This document shows, one piece after another, positions 11,701 to 23,055 of a stretch of 64,000 bases of DNA (positions are counted from its first letter, which is position 1; every line of letters starts with the position of its first letter). The notes under the pieces are model-generated. The model was not told the DNA's origin and searched no databases. It saw only the letters and a program-made list of their open reading frames with translations. The DNA is from Squalus acanthias. Lineage: Eukaryota. Made by a program: the position numbers and the translations under genes. The DNA lies in the NCBI GenBank assembly GCA_030390025.1, contig CM059432.1, positions 18,540,001 through 18,604,000 on the forward strand. Reading direction: 5' to 3'.

Positions 11701-12720
11701 AGTATGTCCATTAATTGATTCTTTTGTAGCTGCATGGAATAGGTTCTGAGGACAAGCAGCTGTAATTGGTGTCGTTGCACAAAGAGTGGCTGAAACTCTA
11801 GGTGTGTTTCTTCGAGAGGAAACCCAAGAGGAAGCACGATAGATTTTAGCCGGAACATCTTGACAGGCCCTTACCGGGGCAGTTCGGTAGGACTTTGCTT
11901 GATAAGCCCTCGTAGAGGCTCTTGATAGGGTCATTTTGCAAAGGTTTGCCTTTTTGTTGCAATGACTGCAAAACGCATTGCGAGCAGGGCAGAATTTCCG
12001 AGGGTGAAACTCATCACCACAAAAGAAGCATTTCTTAGATTGCCAAGAGGCTGCCACAGTGGGGTCATCATCCTCTTCATCAGTGAAGTCATCAGATTGA
12101 TCGTCAGGGATAAAGACCTCCCTAATAGAGTTCACCTGTGGCCTCTTAAATTGCCTGACTGTAGTTAAGGCAGTAGACCGAGGTCTGGGCACTGTATAAA
12201 GGTCTGCATTTCTTTTTGCCAGATCTAGAGAGCAAGCCATGTCATAAGCTCTCTGAAGCTCAAGTGTCTTACTTTCCAGTAGACGCTGGCGTATAAATGG
12301 GGAGGCAAGCCCGCAGATGATAGCATCATGGATCATTTCTTCACGGTACAGCTCAGCTGAGGCCGCCTGAAAGTTACAGTCCATACTAAGTCTGCGAAGC
12401 TCTTGGAGGAATTTATCAATGGATTCCTCCGGCCCTTGTTGTGCTGTAGCTAGATGATGTCTGGCATAGACCTCATTCGGTGTCTTAGTATATAGTCTCT
12501 TAAGCGTCCGAATTGCCTCCTCGTAACTGCCCCATTCCTCCACATACTGAAATACATTCGGGGTGACACAGTTGATGAGTATCCGCAACTTTGAGTCATC
12601 ATCAGCCTTGCAATATTCAAGAAAATTGTCAAACGTGCGATACCAGTGTTTCCACACCTTACCGGCTGCTGGGGTGTTTGGGTCCAAGTCAAGACGCGAT
12701 GGTTTAAGGATGTTTTCCAT
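8764..12720 (-). CDS. gag-pol: Gag-Pol polyprotein, 1318 aa
   Basis: CCHC knuckle CFFCGDEFHPRKFC, protease LIDSGS, RT YDLKSAYHQ/LPFG/YLDN, RNase H CDAS...EKEA...TDQ, integrase HHCC plus D(SID)-D(SDRG)-E(VERYN). Uninterrupted; no chromodomain recognised. Confidence 0.97.
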   Translation of the reverse strand: MENILKPSRLDLDPNTPAAGKVWKHWYRTFDNFLEYCKADDDSKLRILINCVTPNVFQYVEEWGSYEEAIRTLKRLYTKTPNEVYARHHLATAQQGPEESIDKFLQELRRLSMDCNFQAASAELYREEMIHDAIICGLASPFIRQRLLESKTLELQRAYDMACSLDLAKRNADLYTVPRPRSTALTTVRQFKRPQVNSIREVFIPDDQSDDFTDEEDDDPTVAASWQSKKCFFCGDEFHPRKFCPARNAFCSHCNKKANLCKMTLSRASTRAYQAKSYRTAPVRACQDVPAKIYRASSWVSSRRNTPRVSATLCATTPITAACPQNLFHAATKESINGHTLDALIDSGSTDSFIREQIVAELKLHVFPSDQAIAMAQSSLNTRISGFCMVEITLNGHRYPSTRLSVLKDLCSDLILGLDFQKQHKKLTIEFGGSKPELTISNILPRLPFCALSAASLDEPSLFTSIPPRCKPIITKSRRFSQEDQSFIAAEISRLLAEDIIEPYSSPWRAQVVIVKNPLQPHKKRLCIDYSQTINQYTDLDAYPLPRIDDMVNKLAEYTVFSTYDLKSAYHQVPLKVSDKQYTAFEANGRLYQFRRLPFGVTNGVAVFQRTMDDLVKQEDLKDTFPYLDNITVAGRNQREHDANLQRFWDALQHRNLTLNAAKSIESQPTINILGYCVGNGIIKPDPERLRPLQELPPPKNPASLRRALGLFAYYAKWIPNFSDRIQPLLKASTFPLDTAAVAAFNLLKKQLEKAALHSIDESLPFVVECDASEVAISATLNQEGRPVAFLSRTFQGAELHYPPVEKEATAIIEAVRKWSHLLARQHFTLITDQRSVAFMLNNRKRTKIKNNKIQLWRLELASFGYTIHYRPGKENVAPDTLTRAFCSAMAPSTLVDIHDGLCHPGVTRMLHFVRSRNFAFSTGDVKKMCSDCRVCAELKPQFFRPSGGILIHATQPMQRLSIDVKGPLPSSTRNTYLLTMVDEYSRFPFAFPCPNMLTTTVISCLEQVFAFCGMASYVHSDRGPSFMSGELKAYLSERGIAASKTTPYHSVGNGQVERYNAIIWNAVRLALRSRGLPNQQWEAVLPDALHSTRSLLSTATNTTPHERFFRFQRRSSYGISLPSWLTAPGPVLLRRYVQASKNDPLVDEVELTDVNPTYAYIRYPDGRESTVSLRDLAPCPPKHRGTPGDDIVPGTSLGLPGASHHDLDLTPAGTSLQRADLGQTDYEPVGARTRSHDPHRTVRSETDLPQPCPTPVRAPVHSQDRPDPSQSGLDHSDSGPRPAAGKRARGPLPLREPKRVRLSLIQRLRNGGSNPAS

Positions 12721-12786
12721 GATGGGTGATTCCCTGGATCCTTAGTTCCGAGTTCGTCCAAAAAGTTTGAGTGCGAAGTTTTTCAA

Positions 12787-12797
12787 AGTTGATTAAA
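12787..12797 (-). promoter_or_regulatory. Non-tRNA primer-binding site, putatively self-priming
   Basis: TTTAATCAACT lies 1 nt downstream of the 5' LTR, has no TGG start, and is complementary to AGTTGATTAAA in the LTR (12842-12852). Confidence 0.75.
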
Positions 12798-12798
12798 T

Positions 12799-12992
12799 TG
12801 TCGTAAGAATGAGCCTTACGCGTGGTGAACTTAAAGTAAGCTTTAATCAACTAAAAAGGTGCTACATACAAAAGAGGTCTTACTCTATGCCTCTCCAGGA
12901 TCCAACTGATCAGTCCAGTATTTATCCTGGACTAATCACAGGAAGTGATGCAATAAAGTTCGAGTCACAGGAAGCTGTATTGTGTTACCACA
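12799..12992 (-). repeat. 5' LTR of the Gypsy element
   Basis: Element strand has a TATA-like GATAAATA, poly(A) signal ATTAAA and TG...CA ends. Confidence 0.97.
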
Positions 12993-14412
12993 GCCACCCA
13001 CTCAACTTTGACATCACGCATGGGGGCCAATTTGTCGCGCCATTTTTGGGTGGAATATGGCGGTAACCTGCTGAAAATCGTGGGCAGCACTTACCGCCCC
13101 TTTCCCGCTGATTAACGGTCTGCCGCCATTTTGGTGGGGGCCTTCATATGGGTGGCCCAGCCACCAACCAAAAACAGGCAGGCACCTTATTAGCCCATGT
13201 CCTGTGCTGTACATAGGAAGGTGATGGAATTTTTGGGCTTCCACTGTATGGAGCATGTACTGCGCAGCTAAAAAAAAAAATTCTCAGGAGGCAGCCGCCC
13301 TGACAATCCCCCTCCGAACTGAGACTGAGAGGAAACCTTTAATGCTCATCTTAAGTTTTGGTGCTTGTTGGAAATCAAGGGCCAGAGGTGCACGGTTTCC
13401 TGACTTGTACAGCGGGGTGCTGAGGCAGAAAGACTCCCCCTTTAAATGTCGTTAGTTCTGAGGTCAGCGGGTTATCATGTTCTCTTTGGAATAAAATGGC
13501 AGAGATTCTGCAACTCTATTTGCAGCACACTGATGTAAAGATACCCCTGTATGAATCAGAACTTGCAGGTGCAACGATCCCATCTCTTCACAGAGCAGCG
13601 AGAGGAGGTGTGAGTTCGCAAGTCTCCAACTCAATTTGAGGAATCCAAGCCCTGTTTCACCTCTGCCTAAAATCCCTGGCTCTTCTGTGGGTCTGTCTGT
13701 CCCAAGCTTCACTTTTCCTTTATTTTAAAAGCAACCTGTCCACTTAACCAATGACTGACTGTACGGAAGTCCAGGTCTTACCCTTTAACTTTCATCATAT
13801 ATTTCTACGTCTAATTACTGTCAATGAAGTGTGTTCCTTAATTGTTGTTACTGCCTTTAATCTTCTTTATTTCAATGAAAACATACACAGTCTGTCAGAC
13901 TGTGCAGGTTACTTAACCTTTGATACCATTATATGTTATTAATAAAGCTTAATTGTGAACTCTCCTTAAAAAATTCCCTGATTCCATGTTCTTTGTAATA
14001 AAGTGATCTGCGAACAATTCTGCAGTTATGCACCAGTCTTGATGAATTATCATTAATTAGCTCGCTGATTTATTTTTGAAACAATCATTACTTCAAATAC
14101 TGGTAAGCGACTGATATAAGAAACCTGCTCACTGTTGGAATATTTTACATCAGATAATCTCTAAAGAATTAATGGATGCCCCCTACACCCCCCGCCCGCC
14201 CCCTCTCACTCCCAACATAGAGTAATATTCAACTTAGCCTTTGTCTTTCTAATGATTCATTACAGTAGCTCAGCTGGTAGCACTCTTGCCTCTGAGTCCG
14301 TAGATTGTAAGTTCCTGCTCCATATGAAGAGATAGAGCTTATAGTCTAGATTGACATTACAATGTAGTGCTGAGGGAATGCTGCATTCTTGTGAATGTTA
14401 AACTGAGACCCG

Positions 14413-14986
14413 GGGGGGGAATTTTCACAGGAAGAAACAGGTGTGTTGGAGGCGAGGGGGGGGAAGTGAAAGTTGGAAAAATCTAAAACCCGACCCAAAC
14501 TCACTTCCAACCCGCCCACTTTCACCTTTTACTCAGGCGCGACGGGGGCGGGCAGCCAACCCGCTGCCAGGAGGCGGGTTGGCAATTTAAGTATGATAAT
14601 GAGGCCTGAAGTCTCTACTTTAACCTGCTTTGCAAGTTTAACTAAAGGAGGCCGGGGATCCCAGGGCTTGGGAGCATCCTTGTGGACTGGGAGGAGCAGG
14701 AGTGCTTCCTCCCGCCCCCCCCAAGCTCCAGCACCAGCAGCCCGCACCCCCTTGGGTCGGGGATCAGAACCCCCCGGGATCACAACTCCTTGCACCCCCC
14801 CACCCCGGATCAGGGATCGGACACCCACCCCGGGCTTGGAACCCCCCCCACCTCACCTGGACCCAGCACTTACCTGTTGCTGCGGTAACTCCACAGCTTG
14901 TGGGAAAACCCGGAACTCCGGGTTTCCCGCCGTCTACAGGATCCCCACCCGCACCATGCGAATGGGCAACAGGAAAATCCTAGCCC
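14413..14986. mobile_element. Harbinger-type MITE, family H3, inside a degraded DeuSINE starting near 14264
   Basis: Ends GGGGGGGAATTTTC / GAAAATCCTAGCCC with probable CCG TSD; related in reverse orientation to 27370-28173. Confidence 0.65.
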
Positions 14987-17962
14987 CCGTCTTCCTATTG
15001 CAGTGGTTCAGCAGTACCATGAGTCATCACTTCCTGGATCGGTGTTTTTTTTTAAATGATCATTCCCCCGCCCCCCAGTCGAGAGTAGAATTTAAGAATT
15101 GTGGGGCGCACCATCACCACAAGGACTGCAGTGGTTTAAGACAGACCATCGCCACCTTTTGTGGGCAACTAGGAATGGAAAATAAACAAAAGATTGGCAT
15201 GAATACCATCAATACCTGCCGTGCTACCATTGGTTAGATGACACCTGCAAAGTGTGCTTCCTCCCATTAAACTACCTCATTAAGGAATGTCTATTAGTGC
15301 TGCACACACCACTGGCATTTCAAACCTTCATGCAGATGTATCCTGCTGAGTCAGATGCCAACTCAGTACAGCAGTTTCTTCGGACCCGAATTTTTGTTGG
15401 AGACCGGACTTCTCAATAATTGGCACTAGTCTAAAGGATCTCTTTGGATGAATAATCTTTTGGAATCAGGAAGTATTTATAGAAAATTTCTTTGGGAAGT
15501 GAAACAGGTGGAGTAGGGTTCATGTATATAGGACAGGTTAGACACGGACTGAGAAAGGGTCAGGTTTGATGGTTTGAATGGCCTTTCTCATTCCATACTT
15601 CCTTATATTCTAATATTCTAAACTTACTAAGTGGATGAACCCATGGCCTTTTTTTCCATGTTTTACAATACAGTCTTCGAGTTAACTGTCCTGTTGTTCA
15701 GATTAGTGTGCATGTGTACTCTGTACGGAAAATTCTTCCGATAAGCTTTTCCTAAGACCTGGATCGTGACTCCTTTCAATCTGCATTTTGTTAACCAATG
15801 AGAATAAAGCCGATCATAGTTTAGACATTCAGTCCTGAAATCCTCCTTGTCCACCATATCTGACCCCTTTATTTGCATATTTATTCAGAACATTAGCCAT
15901 AGCTTGTAACTGAACCACTCCTACAAGCAGCTTTGTCGTGCTGCTGTTTTAGTTCCTTTTGTGGGACAAGAGCATTTGTTTATTTAATTTTTAGCATTGT
16001 AGATTATTACTGTCATGGGCACTTGCTGTCAAAGTGGGCCGTAAAGGAATGAAAGAAAATATGTAATTGAGAAGTTTATTTGCCTTAAGTTAAGACCAGA
16101 TCCTATGGTCGAAATTCCTAAAATCAAGAACAGCTTGCTTCTTTGCGAAAATATTTATTTAAGACCACAATCTAATTATATTATGGAAGAGGATTTCCTC
16201 CGTGCAGGAAGTGTGGCAAAATCTCAAACGCTTTCTTAATAAATGGGTTTATGATTTCACTACCCCTCACGCTTGGAGAAAATCATCCCCCCCCCATTAA
16301 TTTACCAGTAGGCATCACCATAGATTGTCACAGCACTTGTTTATTTCTTCGGAACCCTGGAATTGCAATTTGCGATCAGACCAGTAGGGGATGCTTGCAG
16401 CTATTTGTTTGACATTTTGGAATCGTTGTTCAATTATTAATACATTCAAATGAAATGAGGTTATAATGGAAATTAATGCACTTGTTGAAATAAGTCATGC
16501 AGAGTCTGCACATACAAGATGAATTCTGTGTTGGCTGAAATTGTGTAGCCAGGATGCATTACGTGCCAGGATAATCTGTCAGCAGTCTGCAGATCTATCC
16601 CTCATCGCAAACACAGCTGCAATGATTAGACTGAATTGATAACTGTGCTCACAATGGGGCAGATTCTACCCGACCTGCCAGGCAGAAACTGAGCAGTTAA
16701 AAACGGGCAGGTTACTTACCCGCGCCGAACTCGATCCTTTCCTGCCGCCTCTGATATTAACCTGCTAGGTTCTGCAGGCGATTGAGGCGCCCGCCTCAAG
16801 CAGGCGGGGGCCTCGTGAGTTTATGCAAATCAGGGTCCTATTGTGTCACTAGGTTCTCGATGGCATCTTAACTGGAGCCTGAGCGGAGAAGCCACCGCAG
16901 CTTTCCGGCCATCAGGCTGGTTTTGTAAGAGTCATAGAATCATAGAATCATAGAAAGTTACAGCAGGAGCAGGAGTGGGGGGAACCCGGGGCAGCAGAGG
17001 CCTATACTGTCCTTGTGGGGCCTGGAGGAGCACTCCTGCCCCACAAAGGGAAGTTTAAAACTTACTTACGTCGCCTGTTCATCGTGCCGACCAGGTTTCA
17101 CTGAGAGGGCACCTCACGCATCAGCAAATAAAATGCCATCGGTGTCCCATCTATGTCATAGGATCTCGATTATCATAAACGTACCCGAAAAAATAGTGCA
17201 TCGAAATCACAGGGGGGTAGAAATGGCTGTAAAAAAAATACAAAAGCGAGGAGATTATGTTGCGTGGGTGCAAGACACTGCTTATGCCACCTTTGGAGTA
17301 TTATGTGCAATTCTGGGTATCTCATTATAGGAAGGATATTGCAGCCATAGAAAAGGTACAGTAAAGATTCACCAAAACTCTACCAGAAATGGAAGACCAT
17401 AGTTCTGAAGAGAGTGGACCCCCCGCCCCCCGTGTCAAAGAGGCCAGAAAGTCCTCTTCAGAAACAGGGAGCCACCATACAAAATCTAATCTATGGGGGC
17501 CACAGTCCTGGCCTGGACCCTCGGGTGAGCCCCACATCTGCATTTGGTCGGCTGGTCTCACCAGACGGACCTGCACCTACCTGCTGGGTCCCAAAGAAGG
17601 CTTGTGGTGTGAGAGCTTCGAAGTTTAGAGTTCCCTCCCCACATATGCCGCTGGCCTTGCAATGACGTATCCAACGTTTCGCTGAGATTTCGCTATAACC
17701 ATAACAGATTTTTGGGGCCAATGAACTTCAACTATCCAACCAGATTGTTGTGTAATCAGATCTCAGATGACCAGATTTTCAAAGCCATATATCCTAGTTA
17801 CGTGGTTCCAAGGTTCTCCAGTCGCTACTTGATTCAGCTATAGTGCAGATGTACTTGGGATGAAAGAAACACTTAATTGAAGTCTTAAAGCTGAATTAAG
17901 TCGTGAATACACCATCCATAGCTCGATCTAAACAGTAAGATCACATGGTTTTAGGTGGCGAG

Positions 17963-18094
17963 CAATGTTCCCGCTAAGCTGCGCGGCCGCGTGGTCATCG
18001 GCTCACTGGCTTTTATATTGTAGATACCGCGCATGCGCAACAATTTGAGTGGGCCTTGCAGTGGGGGAGACAGTGCAGCTTACGGGGGACATTG
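17963..18094. mobile_element. 132-bp hAT-type MITE
   Basis: TIRs CAATGTTCCCGCTAAGCTGC / GCAGCTTACGGGGGACATTG and 8-bp TSD GTGGCGAG / GTGGAGAG (7 of 8 match). Confidence 0.8.
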
Positions 18095-18391
18095 GTGGAG
18101 AGTGCATGTATTGCAATACACAAGGTATCACAATTGTGTGGGACAGGCTGGATGGAACAGAGTGTCTTTTCCTGTCCGTCATCACTCGTACATTCGTAAG
18201 TTTAAAGCATTTATCTCCCCTTTATTTGTTTTTATTGTTGTGGTTATGTGAGCCTTCAACTGCGTGTGGTATGGGTTTACTTAGTTTCGAGAGTTTCAGT
18301 CCTGACGTCCTTACCTCAGTGAAAGCTCGGGCATTTTGTTTTCTGCTTTGGTAAGCCTGGTTCTGTTTGCCTACCTTTTGAAGGAAAGTTA

Positions 18392-18984
18392 GGGGGTGAT
18401 TTTGCCAATGGGGAGCTTTTGGAGGTGGGTCTCCCAATTGTCGGGTTTCAGTCCCGCCTCCAACAACTTCTGGCCAACCCACGCTATTTTCTCTTGATTG
18501 ACTTTGTTAAGCCCGCCCAGCGGGCTTAGCAGGCCAATTAAGGGAAAGCTGGTTGCAGAGCACGTCAACGTATGACGTTTCATCTGTCAAAAAATTTTGA
18601 CAGATGAATTGTCATCATTTGACAGCTCTGTGAAGCTGTCAAACACTGACATTCTCTGTAGTTTGATGCCGACCCCCGCAGACCCAGTACTTGCCTCGCT
18701 GAGCTGCCGTGTTTTGGAGCCTTCGGGAAGCCCGCACTTGTGAGGGCAAAAAGGGGATAATCCTATTTTCTGCCTGTAAACTACCTGTTAACAGGCAGTT
18801 AATAAGCTTTAATCCCTTCCCGCCTCCAAGGAGACGGGACCCGGCGCGGGACGGCTACCCGCCTCCTAGGAAGATGGCATGGAGGCGGGTTGGGGGTGGG
18901 TCGGGCACCCGCCCCCAAATTCTGCCATTTTCTCAGCAGACCCACCTCCATACCTGCCTTCCCAGTGCTGGCAAAATTGCCCCC
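18392..18984. mobile_element. PIF/Harbinger MITE, family H2, reverse orientation
   Basis: TIRs GGGGGTGATTTTGCCA / TGGCAAAATTGCCCCC and TTA TSD. Confidence 0.88.
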
Positions 18985-20189
18985 TTAGTGTGAGAGCCTT
19001 AGGGGAGGAAGAGTTGAGTTTGGGTTTGAATATTCAGTTAAGGTCAATTTCACCAGGACTCAAGCCAAAGTAAAACTATGCTTTGAAAATTAAAACCAAG
19101 ACAAAAATACCCACTGCTAATGAAATTGGTGCTTAAATGGATCCTGATGCATTATTGTTCCTACTGCTAGTCTAACTGAAGGATGTCTCACAATTTACAG
19201 TTTCAGTACCAATCCTCATAATCCTCCGATCTAATCTGAATTAATCTCCAAAACTCCACTAATGAGAGATTCCTGTTGCATGCCCCTTTACTGACGTGAC
19301 CCTTCAAACTCCAGGGTCTGGCATTCTAGATCAAACATTAATTATTTCCTAATGAATAGGACTAGCAATAGACTCTTCAATTCTGGATGCTGCTCACTGC
19401 TTCCTCTGATGGATGCAGTAGCTCTGAATAATGCACTCTCCTTTAATTGGACCGAGTTCAAAGCTGCCTGTACTCCCAATACTGGCACTATTCAATGAGA
19501 AACAGGGAGTGATGAGCAAGCCTCCCTCGACCAACACCACGAAAGAGGGAGCAATTGATCATTCAGCTCATTGCCATTTGAGTGCTTATTGCTGTGCTCA
19601 AAATGACCGATATTACCCAGATAAGAATGGTCACTGAACTTCAAAATAATGAATCATAAGTGAAGTGCTTTGAGATGGTTCTGAGATGCGCAATAAGGCA
19701 GTGTAAACATTGAAACCTTTTCTTTTCCTTTTCAGCTGTCAAGATCGCTTTACTAACACTGCGCTGCTCCCATAAGGTCAACAACATCAGCTGTCTTCAA
19801 TGAAATACAGCAAACGTTAACCTGACTTTGCCTTAAGAAGTTGGGAAACAGCTTCTAAAGGACAAAACTCCCCATGGCCTTCCCCAATTGAACTAACACC
19901 ATTCAGCTTGACTCTTCCGATCTATATTTACATCTATCATTGTATGCTAGCCTTTCCAGTTGCAGGAAAATGTATATATATTGATGATTGAGGGATAGAC
20001 TGGGGTGGCTGGGGGTGTTTGAGGGCCAACAGGAAATTTAAAGGGATGAGAGCACTTAATGGTAAGTGGCCGCATGCATGGGAGCAAAAATGTTGCTGTC
20101 TTTACAAAGACAGTGCAGGATTTAAAAAGTGGCTGGTAGAAAGCAGTGGTAGCTACAATACATTTGGAATCAGAAAATGAGGTGTGTGA

Positions 20190-20410
20190 GCAAGTGACGG
20201 AACGACGTGGCCTCCAAGCTCCCTGTTTGACGGCTGCCGAAGTGAAGGTCCTGTTGCATGAGATGGGAGCGAGGAGGGGTGTCCTGTTTTGGCACTTCAG
20301 GACACCTCCCCAGAGGCGAGAAAGGCATCATGCCTGTCAGGAGCTGGTAGCTTAGGTCAATGCTGTACACACCGACTGCACCACCAGGGAACACGTGCAG
20401 AAGAAAAATG
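20190..20410 (+). pseudogene. Degraded Myb/SANT-like exon, probably Harbinger-derived
   Basis: Reads APCLTAAEVKVLLHEMGARRGVLF...PPQRRERHHACQELVA*VNAV...EHVQKK, which parallels the domain at 54473-54712. Confidence 0.55.
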
Positions 20411-21446
20411 GCATACTTTTCCTTTCCTTGACTCCAAGCCGTTTGTTGGAAGGTGTGTCTTGGAGCCAGCATTCTAACCTTTGTCGCACTTCTGTCATTG
20501 TCAAGCTGGAAGATCACTCCCAGTTGTCCAGAACAAGATAACGCCTTACGTCACTTTGCATCCTTCTCACCAATGTTTGCAAGCACCAGTGCAGCTAACA
20601 CATTCTGCAGGATGCAGTTGAGTGAGTTTGAGGAGGTAGAACCGTGTGAGTCACAGCGAGCAGGTGAGGAAGTGGTGGCAGAGGTGGAGCAGGAACCTTC
20701 AGTCAGGATGGCTACACATCTACCATCAATTACACCTCTATTTTGCAAAAGCAACAGTGAGTTGGCCTGCTGTGTCATGCTGCTACTGCAATTCAGTGAG
20801 AAAGGAGAAGAAAGTGTCGGCTAAGCTGACCAATGCATCAGTCACCTGTTTGGTGCACTGAAGGCAGCACATCGACTGATACTGCCGTTAACCTTCATGG
20901 TAACTTGGAAGGAGGCAGCAGAAACGTTGCGGGGTGCTGGTGAACTTGGAGTCATATAGAGTCATACGGCACAGAAGGAGGCCATTCGGCCCATCGAGTC
21001 CGTGCCATTTTTTTTTCCAGTGTCCAGTTTGGAGTGTCATATCAAAGTTGGAAGTTGGCTTCAGGTGTCCTTGTAGCACATGGCATAGACCTACAACTGG
21101 CTAACCTGATCTCTGTGAAGATAGCTTCCCTCAATCATCGCCAGTTACAGATCTAGGAACTGCAGATATGATTGGCGACATAACAACAGCTGCACACAGC
21201 CCAACTCTGTGCCCGCTGATCTCCCTGGCACGCCTTCCTTCATCTTGTACCAATAAACCCTTGAACTAAAGCAATTGGAGCACTTCAAAAGCAACCTTAT
21301 CTTTCATTTTAAATTGCCCTGCCAGCTGGCATGGGACGCATAGTGTGCAGTAGATGGCACTTCATTTCCTGAGCTGGAGTGAGCATTCATGTTGTAAGAG
21401 CCCTTTTCATAACTACTCTGCTTTTACCTTTTCAGAGAAAAGTGCC

Positions 21447-21905
21447 AGCTGTGGCTCAGTGGGTAGCACACTTCGCCTCTGAGTCAGAAGGTTGTGGGTT
21501 TAAGTCCCACTCCAGGGACTTGAGCACATAAAAAAAAATCTAGGCTGACACTCCAGTGCAGTGCTGAGGGAGTGCTGCACTGTCGGAGGTGCCGTCTTTC
21601 GGATGAGACATTAAACCGAGAGAGTCTGCCCTCTCTCGAGTGGCCGTAAAAGATCTCATGGCACTATTTTGAATAAGAACAGGGGAGTTATCCCTGGTGT
21701 CCTGGCCAATATTTATCCCTTAATCAACATAAGAAAAACAGATTATCTGGTCATTTTCACATTGCTGTTTGTGGGAGCTTGCTGCCGCGTTTCCCACATT
21801 ACAACAGTGACTACACTCCAAAAGTACTTCATTGGCTGTAAAGCACTTTGAGACGTGCAGTGGTCGTGAAAGGCGCTATATAAATGCAAGTCTTTCTTTT
21901 TTTTT
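21447..21905 (+). mobile_element. DeuSINE (SacSINE1-like)
   Basis: GTGGCTCAGTGGGTAGC head and GGCGCTATATAAATGCAAGTCTTTC tail. Confidence 0.85.
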
Positions 21906-22159
21906 GGTTAGACTAACTCGCGCTCGGAATTGCAATCCCTGTCGCCTGACTGAAATATTAGAATGAAGCTCTGGCACAAGATGCACTAGAGCAATTTACA
22001 AAGCTCAACTGGAAAATGGGCTGTAGTGCGATTCCAGCGTGCTCACAGGCTGCTGAATTTCACAGCCCCAGCCTCCTGAATCGGGATCGCTCCCACTGGA
22101 AAATTTCACCTGTGGTTTCAAACATTGTACCAGACAAATTTGTTCTCATTTTAAGTATG

Positions 22160-22380
22160 TGGTGGTTAGGATCTGGAATGCACTGCCTGGGAGGGTGGTG
22201 GAGGCAGACTCAATCGTGGCTTTCAAAATTGGATAAGTACCTGAAGGAAAAGATTTTGCAGGGCTACGGGGAAAGGGCGGGGGTGTGGGACTAGCTGGTG
22301 TGCTCTTGCAGAGAGCTGGCACGGGCTCGAGGGGCCGAATGGCCTCCTTCTGTGCTGTAACCATTCTATGATTCTATGAT
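22160..22380 (+). mobile_element. CR1 LINE 3' end
   Basis: WNALP remnant, 3' stem-loop and ATTCTATG tail. Confidence 0.8.
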
Positions 22381-23055
22381 ATTAGCGATTATTCTACAAA
22401 TTCATAATTTAGTGAATTCAGATGGTTAAAATTACGAAGGATTTGGGAGTTTTCAATATGGACTTTTAAAACTGAAGGAATGGACTAGAAATACAGAACT
22501 GTTCAGAAGAGATGCTGGGAAGCTTGACCAAGTTCGAAAGGTATCATGGGTTATTATGGCTTCAGAATGTTGAAGACTAACTGCTGTGTTCAGGAGACGT
22601 GATGTACTTTCACAGATATAAGGGCCAGTTTAAAGATTGCAACAGACAGTCGCCTGGCTAGACCTTGGAAGACACTGAGAAACTATCATACACAATAGCA
22701 AACTGTTTTTGCAGCAGCAAGAAAGTTATAAAGACAGCCATTTCGCAATAAGTTTGTGAGGCAAAGTTAACACATTTGTCGCACAAAACTTAAAAAAAAA
22801 TATTATTATGTTCTGTAGTTCAAGCAACTCTTTTGTTGTTAGCAGTTGAAACAGAAACTCAAATATTTAGGAGCCGGTCAGTGGATTTCAGGCGAGCTCG
22901 CTGCTTCAACAAACAACAAAAATCACAAGACAACACAAAGAAGGTGTCGACGAAGAATTAACCCCTCAGTCTCCCAAAACAGAAGAATAGAGCGTTCTGC
23001 GTTTTGTGTTGCACTACTGACTAAGGTTGTAAGCATCTCTATCTGTAAAACCATT

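Larger units (their letters stand above)
8552..12992 (-). mobile_element. Full-length Ty3/Gypsy LTR retrotransposon
   Basis: Two 194-bp TG...CA LTRs, TSD GCCAC at 8547-8551 and 12993-12997, a polypurine tract and a PR-RT-RH-IN domain order. Confidence 0.97.

Noticed and set aside
14473..15237. 254-aa proline-rich ORF
   Set aside because: Chance open frame across a GC-rich MITE and flanking repeats.
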